From positions 7,843-71,842 of the forward strand of contig JAYTVA010000062.1 of the NCBI GenBank assembly GCA_043744255.1: 64,000 bases of DNA, read 5' to 3'. The notes under the pieces are model-generated. The model was not told the DNA's origin, did no database searches, and was given only the letters and a program-made list of their open reading frames with translations. Source of the stretch: Burkholderiales bacterium (GTDB lineage Bacteria > Pseudomonadota > Gammaproteobacteria > Burkholderiales > Usitatibacteraceae). Both the position numbers and the translations under genes were made by a program. This document shows positions 8,983 through 17,866 of the stretch, piece after piece (positions within the stretch are counted from its first letter, which is position 1; each line of letters begins with the position of its first letter).

Positions 8983-11376
8983 ATGGCGCAAGAGTTTGAT
9001 GATGAGATTTTCAATAGTTCAGAAGGGCATGATCAATTCAATCGAGCGGTATTCGGCGACAAACTTTCAGACAGTAATAAGACGGGGCAAAACCGGTCGA
9101 CGACTGAACAGATCTCACCAGGAAATGGCTCGTCTGCTTCCCGTCTAACCAAAAGCGTAGTTGCGTCACCTCACATCGCTGCTGCTCTTGCTGAGGTGGA
9201 TGAGAACTCAGCTCAACAAATTGGTGAAGGCGTCCGCCGATATAAATCGCTTATTTGGCGCACCGCCGACACGCTGCGCGGCACGGGAGTTAAGGAGAGT
9301 GATTATCCAAGGTTTATGGCTCCTTTCTTTGCGCTTGCCCTGGTGGAATCACGGATACGCAGGCTACGCAACGAAAAGCTGGTTGAGTTCCAGCAAGAGA
9401 CTGGAGGTGCATTCGACCCAGAGGATCCATCGCATGTTCAGTGGTTGGAAACGAACATCTTCGACGAGGGCTACGGCTACCACCCGGACATCGCGAGATT
9501 GGGCATTGGCCTCTCCGCTCTGGTCAAGGTCAAGGCTGGCAACTTTTTAGTGCAGCTCGACGGGTTTCTCAAACAATTCGATCCAGAAACACGGCGCCTG
9601 TTGGGTGTGGACTACGCCCCCGGACAGCCCAAGTTCTTGGACATCAAGGGAGTCTCCCAAGATTTGGCCAGCAGGCCAAACGACCCGCTCTATACGTTTT
9701 GCGCAGGAGCCGGAGATACGCCGGGTTGGGCAGATGTCGACCTTGTTGATTTCGATAACTCCGAAGTCACGACTCTTGAAGAGCACATCAAGAGGATGTG
9801 GGCAGACATCTCGGCTGAAACCGCAGGTGAGCAATACACCCCTAAGGATTTGATTGAGCTCGCTTGCATGTTGGGCATCGAGGCGCGCCGTGCAAACACT
9901 AATGCCACACAAATCTGCGACGTGTATGACATGGCGTGCGGTGGCGGCAACTTTCTGTTCGCAGCCGAGGCTGCCCTGCGCAAGGAGTTTCCAGGGCTCT
10001 CCGTGCGCGTGCGCGGTCAAGAGCTCAACGATGCTTTGTATGCGTTGGCAGCTTTGGAAGCGCGCTTTCGGCCAGATGCCAAGATCGAGTGGGGAAATAC
10101 GCTGACTCATGACCACTTCATTGGAAATAAGTTTGGACTGATCGTTGCCAACCCGCCATATGGCGTGGACTGGAAAGCATTCGCTGGAACGGTCAAGTCA
10201 AGCAAGTGCGGGCGATTCGACGATAGCCGCATGCCGCCAACTTCGGATGGCCAGCTTCTCTTTTTGCAGCATGCCGCATTTCATTTGGAGGACAACGGCG
10301 TGGCTGCGGTTGTTCATTCTGGATCGACGCTATTTTCGGGCGATGCTGGGGGCGGGGAGTCAGAGACGCGCAGGTGGTTGTTTCAAGACCTCGATGTGGT
10401 CGAAGCCATCGTCCAGCTTCCAAAAAATGAGTTCTTCAATACTGGCATCGCCACTTATCTCTGGATACTTAACAAAAACAAGCCTGACGCCCGCAAAGGC
10501 AAGGTCCTCATGATCAACGCCGAGACCTGCTTCAAGAAGCTCAAGAAGAACTTAAACATGAAGAACTGCGAGATCGACGCAGCAAATCGCGAGCGGCTGT
10601 TGGCCTGCTTCAAGGCTTTCGCTGACTCCGACATTTCCAAAGTTCTCGATATTGACGACATCCTCTACAACAAGGTCACCCTGGAGTTGCATCGCCATGA
10701 CGAACAAGGACGTGCGATCAAGACCAGAGTTGCGATCGATCCTGCGAACGTGCACAGCATCACGCTCAACGAAAGGGATTGGGCGCTCGGCGAAAAGGGT
10801 GCCCGTCCAGGCGTGATTCAGCCGTCCGACAACTCTGTGGGGCTCGCCAAGGATTTTGTTGACGACTTCAATATGGCGGCCAAGGCTGCTGATGTTCTAA
10901 CGGTTCGATTGTCTGATGGTTCGAAGTGGTCGATGGACCGCGAAGAACACCGCATAACGAATACATCTGCTTCTGGCGTGCTTACCGAGCATGGATACGG
11001 TGTGCTCGCTTTAAAAGCTAAGGTGGGAAAAGTAAAAGGCGCGGAGGTCGTGCGCTGGGAATTGTCGGTCGATCCCTTCGTGGAAACTGACACCGAAACG
11101 ATTCCATATTCGTCAAAAAATAATGCGAGCGGCAAATCCATTAATGAGCAGCTCATCGATGAATTCATTGCTAAATGGGTGCGTGATCCATCAATTATCA
11201 AACTATCGAAAAATGGGATCGCAGCGGAAGTTGGGGCCGAGATCAATTTCAACCGAATATTTCCCAAAAAGGTCGAAATTCGGACAATTGGACAGATCAG
11301 CAACGATTTGAAGAATATTGACGCGGCCTTAAAGGCATCCGATGCGCAGTTTGCATCATTGTTGAAAGGGCTGTGA
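8983..11376 (+). CDS. hsdM: Type I restriction-modification methyltransferase subunit (long form, 797 aa)
   Basis: Motif I DMACGGGNFLF and motif IV IVANPPYG (N6-adenine). RBS aaaggag. The stop lies 1 nt before the hsdS ATG. Confidence 0.9.
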   Translation: MAQEFDDEIFNSSEGHDQFNRAVFGDKLSDSNKTGQNRSTTEQISPGNGSSASRLTKSVVASPHIAAALAEVDENSAQQIGEGVRRYKSLIWRTADTLRGTGVKESDYPRFMAPFFALALVESRIRRLRNEKLVEFQQETGGAFDPEDPSHVQWLETNIFDEGYGYHPDIARLGIGLSALVKVKAGNFLVQLDGFLKQFDPETRRLLGVDYAPGQPKFLDIKGVSQDLASRPNDPLYTFCAGAGDTPGWADVDLVDFDNSEVTTLEEHIKRMWADISAETAGEQYTPKDLIELACMLGIEARRANTNATQICDVYDMACGGGNFLFAAEAALRKEFPGLSVRVRGQELNDALYALAALEARFRPDAKIEWGNTLTHDHFIGNKFGLIVANPPYGVDWKAFAGTVKSSKCGRFDDSRMPPTSDGQLLFLQHAAFHLEDNGVAAVVHSGSTLFSGDAGGGESETRRWLFQDLDVVEAIVQLPKNEFFNTGIATYLWILNKNKPDARKGKVLMINAETCFKKLKKNLNMKNCEIDAANRERLLACFKAFADSDISKVLDIDDILYNKVTLELHRHDEQGRAIKTRVAIDPANVHSITLNERDWALGEKGARPGVIQPSDNSVGLAKDFVDDFNMAAKAADVLTVRLSDGSKWSMDREEHRITNTSASGVLTEHGYGVLALKAKVGKVKGAEVVRWELSVDPFVETDTETIPYSSKNNASGKSINEQLIDEFIAKWVRDPSIIKLSKNGIAAEVGAEINFNRIFPKKVEIRTIGQISNDLKNIDAALKASDAQFASLLKGL

Positions 11377-11377
11377 G

Positions 11378-12682
11378 ATGAAAAAAAGTTTAAAACCGAG
11401 CGGTGTGGACTGGATTGGGGATGTGCCGGTGGGGTGGGGTATTCGACGCGTAAAAGATATTGGAAAAGTGTCTGGGGGGGGAGTCGACAAGATTTATAGA
11501 AACGAAGACATTGAAACTTATATGGTGAATTATTTGGATGTATATAAGAGCAGATCAAAGCAAATTATCCCAGCAAAATCTTTAATGTTGACTACCGCAA
11601 CTCGCCATCAATTAAATTCAGCCTCGCTGAAAATAAATGATATTTTACTTACTCCATCTTCTGAAACTTCAGACGATATCGGCCATGCTGCGTGCATTAT
11701 TAAGGGCTACGAATTTAATTTGGTCTTCAGCTATCACTTGACGAGAATAAGGCCGCTCTCTTTTCATGTATTTCCATCTTATTTAGTCTACTTGATAAAT
11801 TCCCATGGCTGCAGAAACGTGTTGGCGAGCGTGTCAGGTGGGACCACTCGAAAAACACTTACACATGGCGATATCGAGCGATTATTGGTGGTTCTGCCCG
11901 AAGTCACCGAACAGATTGCCATCGCCGCCTACCTCGACAAAACCACGGCCGCCATCGACGAGCAAAAAGCCTTGCTCAAACGCAAGAAAGAGTTGCTCTT
12001 AGAACACAAGAAGGCGCTCATTCATAAAGCGGTGACCAAGGGGCTGGACGATAGCGTGCCAATGAAGGAAAGCGGCGTGGACTGGATTGGCGAGGTGCCG
12101 GTGGGGTGGGAGGTGGCCAGGGTTAAAGATTCGACAAAGTTAATCATGGGGCAATCTCCCGATAGTGAATTTGTTACAGATCAAATATTGCTTTTCGGAA
12201 TTCCATTTCTTCAAGGCTGCTCCGACTTTGGGAAATTGCATCCCAATCCAAATATGTTTTGCTCCAAATATGCTAAGTCCTCAAATGACGGAGATATACT
12301 TTTCTCTGTGAGGGCTCCTGTTGGTAAGACGAATATCTCAAATGGACAATATGTAATCGGGCGGGGGCTCTGTGCGTTAAGACCAAAAAGAACAACTACT
12401 AGTTTTCTAAATTGGATAGCTCAAAGTGTGATTGCGCCAAGCATGTCTGAAAAAGTGACTGGTAGCACGTTCGAGGCAGTGTCAATATCGGATATTAAGT
12501 CAGCTTTTATTCCCTTCCCGCTGCTTCCTGAGCAAATAGCAATTGCAGCTTACCTCGACATGGTGACAGCCGTCATTGATCAGCAGTGGGAGTTGATCGA
12601 TCAGAAGATTTATTTGTTGACTGATCTGCGTGCATCAGTCATTCATGAGGCGGTGACCAAAGGTATTCCAGCCGCTGCTTGA
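11378..12682 (+). CDS. hsdS: Type I R-M specificity subunit
   Basis: Two-fold internal architecture: SGVDWIG(D/E)VPVGW opens each half and PE..EQIAIAAYLD closes each half. Two A+T-rich target-recognition domains lie between them. Confidence 0.9.
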   Translation: MKKSLKPSGVDWIGDVPVGWGIRRVKDIGKVSGGGVDKIYRNEDIETYMVNYLDVYKSRSKQIIPAKSLMLTTATRHQLNSASLKINDILLTPSSETSDDIGHAACIIKGYEFNLVFSYHLTRIRPLSFHVFPSYLVYLINSHGCRNVLASVSGGTTRKTLTHGDIERLLVVLPEVTEQIAIAAYLDKTTAAIDEQKALLKRKKELLLEHKKALIHKAVTKGLDDSVPMKESGVDWIGEVPVGWEVARVKDSTKLIMGQSPDSEFVTDQILLFGIPFLQGCSDFGKLHPNPNMFCSKYAKSSNDGDILFSVRAPVGKTNISNGQYVIGRGLCALRPKRTTTSFLNWIAQSVIAPSMSEKVTGSTFEAVSISDIKSAFIPFPLLPEQIAIAAYLDMVTAVIDQQWELIDQKIYLLTDLRASVIHEAVTKGIPAAA

Positions 12683-12745
12683 AGCAGTAAATTTTTAAAC
12701 CATCGGGAAGACACCCGATAGAAAGGTATTGTTGGGAGAACATTG

Positions 12746-15700
12746 ATGGCTGTGAAAGGTGGATTTAGAGAGGCAGATTTTCAAGATGGGATTTTCGTTC
12801 CATTTTTGACATCAACACCCGACAGAGGACTCGTATGGATCAAGGGTGATCCGATGCGGATGTCGCAGAGAGATCGAGAGCGATGGATTTGCTCCGATGA
12901 TTTGTTGTATTTCCTGCGTGAAGGAAACGAAAATAATCGAAGTGCGTTCGAAGATTTGCTGAAGCAATACCCCGGCGAGTCCGATTTACTCGAGGACTTC
13001 GTTGCGCAAGCCTTGCTGCCCAAGCTTTCGTCTTCTACCAATGCCTCACGTGTGCTTCGTGAAACGATCGGATTTAAAGGGTATCAATTCACCCTTTGGA
13101 ATTCAGCGCCCAAGGCCGGTATGGCCCAATCATTGATCGACGATTTTTCGCGCAACCGCGGCCGACTTTTTACTGAGCTTAGCTTTGAGAGAACGTTTCC
13201 CAATGCTGGCAGCCGATTCAATCGGAGGCCTGACGCGACCTTTTTTGTCAACGGGCTCTACCTGGGCGCCGCTGAACTCAAAACGAATCAAACCGGCCAG
13301 TCTGCCGCCGTCAACGGGCGCAAAAAGATTGCCCATGACTTGGTAGAGCTCGCAGCCATGGCGTTGAGGGAGGCTAGATCACTTTGGACAAAATCGAGCG
13401 CGGCTCCATGGCCAGGTTATGCCAGTGACAGGTTGCCGGCTGCGGTTCGCAACAAGATCAACATGGACTGCGCGGTCTACCTCAAAGCCTGCCATGTCGT
13501 CTCTGTCGATATGGGGGCGTTGTTCATTACGGCCGATCTCGAGTGGGTGGTCCAAGAAGTTGACAGGGTGCTATCCGGTAAGAATGAAATTGTCGAGCTT
13601 AATCGTCTGCCTGAGCAAATTATCGGCAAGATCAGTCGAGCACCTGAAATCATGGGTATGACACCGTCAGAAACCATAGCGGAGCACTTGGAGAGCATCT
13701 ATTCACTTCGAGACGGTGTGGACCGCGATGCCTTTTACTTCAACCAAACATGGTCGCCAAATTCGAGCAACAAGCAAGTCGAGCCGTTGAAGCCACGCCC
13801 TGCGCAGCGCATGATGCTTCACCGCACCGTCAAGCGCGTTCGGGAGCTTTATCTTGACGAGAGCAAGCCTAAGATTTGCGAAGCGGACATCAGGCGCGAG
13901 CTTACAGACCTATCTCAGGGGCTCTCTGTCAAAGAAATTAACGAGATCGTCGAAGAAAGCATGAAATTCAAGAATGGAGCCAAGAGCCATTCTGTGTTGC
14001 TTCAAGGCGCGGCGGGTCTCGGCAAGACCTACCTGATCGTTTGGCTAGCACAAGCCCTCTATGAGATGGGCGACCTCAAAGCGCCGACCTACCCGTATCA
14101 GCCGCTGTTCGATTTGATCGTGCTTCTGACTGACCGCACGGAGCTTAGGCACAATATCGCCAAGGATGCAGCCAACCTCGGTTCCACCAGCAAGATCATC
14201 GAAGAGGCCGAGACGTTTGCCGACTTGCGACGCGTCGTCGAAGCAGGACAAAACCGCATCGTCGTGGTGAACATCCAGAAGTTTGCGTCACTGAGCAAGC
14301 TGGCCAATGACGACCCCAAGTTATCTGCTTTGCTAAAAAGCAAGCGCGTGGCGGTCATCATTGACGAGGTTCACCGTAGCCAAGGTGGGGTAATGCACGA
14401 CAACACGCTTGAACTATTTAATGACTGGAATAACCTAACTCCTAATAACAATAGGCGTAATTTAATCATTGGTTTGACGGCCACACCCAAAGGCGAGGCA
14501 CTCGCCAGCTTTGGCGAATGGCGCAGGCCCGTCGCCCCAGGCGACCGCTACCGCTGGGCTCCATTTGCGGCCTACTCGATGGCACAAGCCATCCGCGATG
14601 GGGTAGTTCTCAACCCGATCCAGAGCGTCTTCAAATACACCGATGAACTTGTGTTTGATCTTGGGCGGCTCCAGTCGGAGGTGGACGCGAAGGGTCTGGG
14701 CGCGAGCTCGATAAAAGCACCGAGCGCTGATTCAGTGTATGAAAATCCAACGAGGCAGAAGCTTGTCGCTGAAAAAATAGCGGGAGTGTTCGTGTCGAAG
14801 ACCATGATGGCTATCCGCCGACGCGGACTTCTTGTCGGTGAGGGCAAAGCCATGGTGGCATGTTCTTCGATCAAGGCTGCCATCGGTATGCAGGCCGCCA
14901 TCAAAGAGGCCATGCAGGCATTGGCGCTCGATCCTGGCTACAAGGACCGATCAGCCCACATCGCAGCCTGTCCAGTGCTGATCCTTTACAGCGACAAGCA
15001 AGGTGAGGTTTCCTGTGCTCAGCTCAACGGTGGAAAGGGCCAAACGGCGACCCTCGCTGAGTTTAGACGCGAGGGTGTCGAGGACAAGGACGAGGCAGGA
15101 AAGCTGCGCTGCCGCAACGCCATCATCGTCGTGGTGGACATGCTTCTCACGGGTTTTGACGAAAAGACGCTCCACACTTTGTTCATCGATCGAAGTCTTG
15201 ACGAAGTCGCTCTATTCCAAGCTGCATGCAGAATCAACCGCACGAACAAAAACAAAAGCGACTGCCTGGTCGTCGATTTTTCGCGCAACGGTGTCGTTTC
15301 CAAAGGCTTGCCAGGAGTATTCGCCGAATACGGCGGCCTAACTGTGTCTAATCTTGATGCAATGCATATGAACGAGAAGATGGATGCTGCATGGAGGGCA
15401 TTCTTTGGCGATAAGGACATCGGCGAACATTTCCGCACATGGAAAGCCACCATGTCGGGTGGCAAAGATCATCATGGCGCCGTCAAGCTTTCTGACTGGC
15501 TAGATCAACTCGTCACGGCTGACAAGTCGAGGGCATTGATGCTTAAAAAGGCTGCGTCAGCTTGGATTGGCTGTCGTGACAAGCTCACAGCTCTGCTTGA
15601 CTTTGATCGGCAGGGGCTCGAAAAGCATAAGGACAAGAGGCAAGTTTCGTTTGCCGAACAGGTGGTCAAGCACTTGGCGTCCAAGGGCAAGGCCGAAGGC

Positions 15701-16219
15701 GAGGATGTCGAGGTGTTTTTCGATGTGGTCCAGGTAGAGCAGACCGAGACTTTTGAGCTCGATGTGCACGGGGAATCTGGCAAGGATCAGAATCATCAAG
15801 GAACGCGGGAATCGTCAGCCTTGACTATGGGGCTTGCCATTTCGGACATTGAGTCATCCATCGAGATCATCGATATTCTGAACGTGCTTGGCCTTGAAGA
15901 AGCCAAGAAGGCTATGGCCATTCAGATGTTAAAAGACTTTGTCGATGGGCTCTTCGCCGAGATCGCTGCGTGTGGCGAAAAGAGCGATCGCGTTGGAAAT
16001 TCCGGTTTTTATCGTAAGGCCCTTGCCGCGTGGCTTGCCGGGAAGTCCGATTTCCCATGGGATGAGCGCCTAGCCGAATTCGTAAAGCTATTTAATAAGG
16101 CGAGGTCGAGCGCAAAGTTTGTTGGAAGCGACTTCGCCCGCATTGCGCTCCCAGCACTGTCTAAGCGCCCGGAGATGCTTATGGATGACTACGACCATTT
16201 TATCTCTAAACAAACTTGA
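12746..16219 (+). CDS. hsdR: Type I R-M endonuclease/translocase subunit
   Basis: N-terminal PD-(D/E)xK-like RPDATFFVNGLYLGAAELK. Helicase motif I QGAAGLGKT and motif II VIIDEVHRSQ. Downstream of hsdMS. Confidence 0.85.
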   Translation: MAVKGGFREADFQDGIFVPFLTSTPDRGLVWIKGDPMRMSQRDRERWICSDDLLYFLREGNENNRSAFEDLLKQYPGESDLLEDFVAQALLPKLSSSTNASRVLRETIGFKGYQFTLWNSAPKAGMAQSLIDDFSRNRGRLFTELSFERTFPNAGSRFNRRPDATFFVNGLYLGAAELKTNQTGQSAAVNGRKKIAHDLVELAAMALREARSLWTKSSAAPWPGYASDRLPAAVRNKINMDCAVYLKACHVVSVDMGALFITADLEWVVQEVDRVLSGKNEIVELNRLPEQIIGKISRAPEIMGMTPSETIAEHLESIYSLRDGVDRDAFYFNQTWSPNSSNKQVEPLKPRPAQRMMLHRTVKRVRELYLDESKPKICEADIRRELTDLSQGLSVKEINEIVEESMKFKNGAKSHSVLLQGAAGLGKTYLIVWLAQALYEMGDLKAPTYPYQPLFDLIVLLTDRTELRHNIAKDAANLGSTSKIIEEAETFADLRRVVEAGQNRIVVVNIQKFASLSKLANDDPKLSALLKSKRVAVIIDEVHRSQGGVMHDNTLELFNDWNNLTPNNNRRNLIIGLTATPKGEALASFGEWRRPVAPGDRYRWAPFAAYSMAQAIRDGVVLNPIQSVFKYTDELVFDLGRLQSEVDAKGLGASSIKAPSADSVYENPTRQKLVAEKIAGVFVSKTMMAIRRRGLLVGEGKAMVACSSIKAAIGMQAAIKEAMQALALDPGYKDRSAHIAACPVLILYSDKQGEVSCAQLNGGKGQTATLAEFRREGVEDKDEAGKLRCRNAIIVVVDMLLTGFDEKTLHTLFIDRSLDEVALFQAACRINRTNKNKSDCLVVDFSRNGVVSKGLPGVFAEYGGLTVSNLDAMHMNEKMDAAWRAFFGDKDIGEHFRTWKATMSGGKDHHGAVKLSDWLDQLVTADKSRALMLKKAASAWIGCRDKLTALLDFDRQGLEKHKDKRQVSFAEQVVKHLASKGKAEGEDVEVFFDVVQVEQTETFELDVHGESGKDQNHQGTRESSALTMGLAISDIESSIEIIDILNVLGLEEAKKAMAIQMLKDFVDGLFAEIAACGEKSDRVGNSGFYRKALAAWLAGKSDFPWDERLAEFVKLFNKARSSAKFVGSDFARIALPALSKRPEMLMDDYDHFISKQT

Positions 16220-16300
16220 TATGGGGACCTGTCATATGAGCGAAATGCTGCCGACCAATGGATTTGTTTGATTAAGGTCTTCTTGTTAAATTTTTCTGAA

Positions 16301-16825
16301 ATGGAGAGGATGATGGATAAAAAGCAATTGATACAAGTTATGGCGGCTATGTTGAATCAACTGGCAACGACCGGAGCATTCATTGGGCAGGAACCCTACA
16401 AGTCAGATTTATATCAATTATTTTTAATAGCAGCTAACCAAGATTTTGATATTGATTTTGGCTTGTCTAATATGCACGCCGACAAGTTGCTTGTTGATTT
16501 AATCGCTGAAGGAGTGCCAAATTCAGACGGCAATTTACAACTTGTTTGGGTGATGTGGGAAGAGTGGTCTTTTTGCTACCGCAAGAAGTCGCTGGTTCCA
16601 AGCGACGATGGAAAGGTAGTTGCTCACTTCGTATCATTAAACGATGGTAAGACGTTTGCTTTTGTTAGTGATGGATACCCAGCGACGGTTCGGATGTCCT
16701 TGCTTGGAATGAAGCCGTTAAATAGTAAGCCGGCGGTGCTTGAAGCTCCAAAATATAGTTTCCCACTGAATGGGCCGCTGACCTCTACTTTTTTCTATAA
16801 CGGATTTTTCTTTAAGGCGGACTAA
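16301..16825 (+). CDS. Hypothetical protein (A+T-rich orphan between hsdR and the WYL regulator)
   Basis: Uninterrupted ORF with protein-like composition (MDKKQLIQVMAAMLNQLATTGAFIG...). No motif recognised. Start uncertain (16268/16301/16310). Confidence 0.4.
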   Translation: MERMMDKKQLIQVMAAMLNQLATTGAFIGQEPYKSDLYQLFLIAANQDFDIDFGLSNMHADKLLVDLIAEGVPNSDGNLQLVWVMWEEWSFCYRKKSLVPSDDGKVVAHFVSLNDGKTFAFVSDGYPATVRMSLLGMKPLNSKPAVLEAPKYSFPLNGPLTSTFFYNGFFFKAD

Positions 16826-16900
16826 GGTGCATCTTTCAGTGAGAAATGGTTCCGTATCAAAATGATGAGTGTGGTATCCTCTTTCTGATCGGCGCTTTCC

Positions 16901-17866
16901 TTGCTTCGCCGACGGGCGGGAGGCCCGAGAAAGGGGCTTTTGGCCAGCACATTGGATGTTTCGCAGAACCAGCGCGAGCGACTCGCGTTTTTGGAGCTGC
17001 GCGCGTTCTTCACAGGTGAGCTTCGCAGGGGAGACATCGAGGCGCGGTTCGGCATCAAGCCAGCAGCGGCGTCCCGCGACCTGAGTCTGTATAGGGAAGT
17101 CGCGCCCCACAACCTCGACTACGACCAGGCCTCGCGCTGCTACCGGCCGAGCTCCTCCTTCAAGCCCTTCAATGAATTTCACCCTGAGCGCGTGCTCGCG
17201 TGGTTCTTGCAAGGCTTTGGCGATGGGCTAGACCTTGGTTTGAAGCAAGCGGCACCGTGCGAAGGTCCCGGCCAACTCGTGCGGCCCGACATGGAGGTGC
17301 TAGGCGCCATCACCCGATCCATGTGTGCGAAGAAGGCTCTTCGCGTGAGTTATCTGTCGCTGTCGTCAGGTCCAAAGAATCGTGAGATCGTGCCTGTGGC
17401 GTTAGCCGACAACGGGCTGCGTTGGCATGTGCGCTCTTTTGATCGCGAACGCGGGCGGTTCAATGACTTCGTCTTGACTCGCATTGCGAAGGCTCATGAG
17501 ATAGAGGGAGACGTGGCCGAAACCGAGCTGCTAACTGCCGACGAGCAGTGGGCGCGGATGGTGGACATGGAGCTGGTGGCTCACCCTGGCATCAAGCAGC
17601 CCAAGGCGGTCGAGGCAGATTACGGATTGACCGAGGGCGTCTTGAAGGTCAAAGCGCGCGCGGCTCTTGCGGGTTACGTGCTCCGGCGCTGGTCAGTCGA
17701 TTCAAGCCTGCATCACAGACTTGATCCATCCTCACATCACCTTTGGCTGCGCAACCCTCAGGCGCTCTATGGCGTCGAAAGTGCCGCTTTGGCGCCAGGC
17801 TTTGAGGCCGACATTGCCGCGACTGCCTACGCGGCCGGAAGTAATAAATCAGGGGACAAAAAATGA
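16901..17866 (+). CDS. WYL-domain transcriptional regulator (BrxR/CapW-like)
   Basis: N-terminal wHTH-like [44 protein letters not shown] core [32 protein letters not shown]. The stop overlaps the helicase ATG (ATGA at 17863-17866). The start is TTG, or possibly internal. Confidence 0.75.
   Translation: MLRRRAGGPRKGLLASTLDVSQNQRERLAFLELRAFFTGELRRGDIEARFGIKPAAASRDLSLYREVAPHNLDYDQASRCYRPSSSFKPFNEFHPERVLAWFLQGFGDGLDLGLKQAAPCEGPGQLVRPDMEVLGAITRSMCAKKALRVSYLSLSSGPKNREIVPVALADNGLRWHVRSFDRERGRFNDFVLTRIAKAHEIEGDVAETELLTADEQWARMVDMELVAHPGIKQPKAVEADYGLTEGVLKVKARAALAGYVLRRWSVDSSLHHRLDPSSHHLWLRNPQALYGVESAALAPGFEADIAATAYAAGSNKSGDKK

Noticed and set aside
16718-17212. 164-aa minus-strand ORF spanning the WYL gene start
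   Set aside because: It is antisense to the WYL regulator and to the end of the orphan ORF. Its composition is Arg-rich and it has no RBS.
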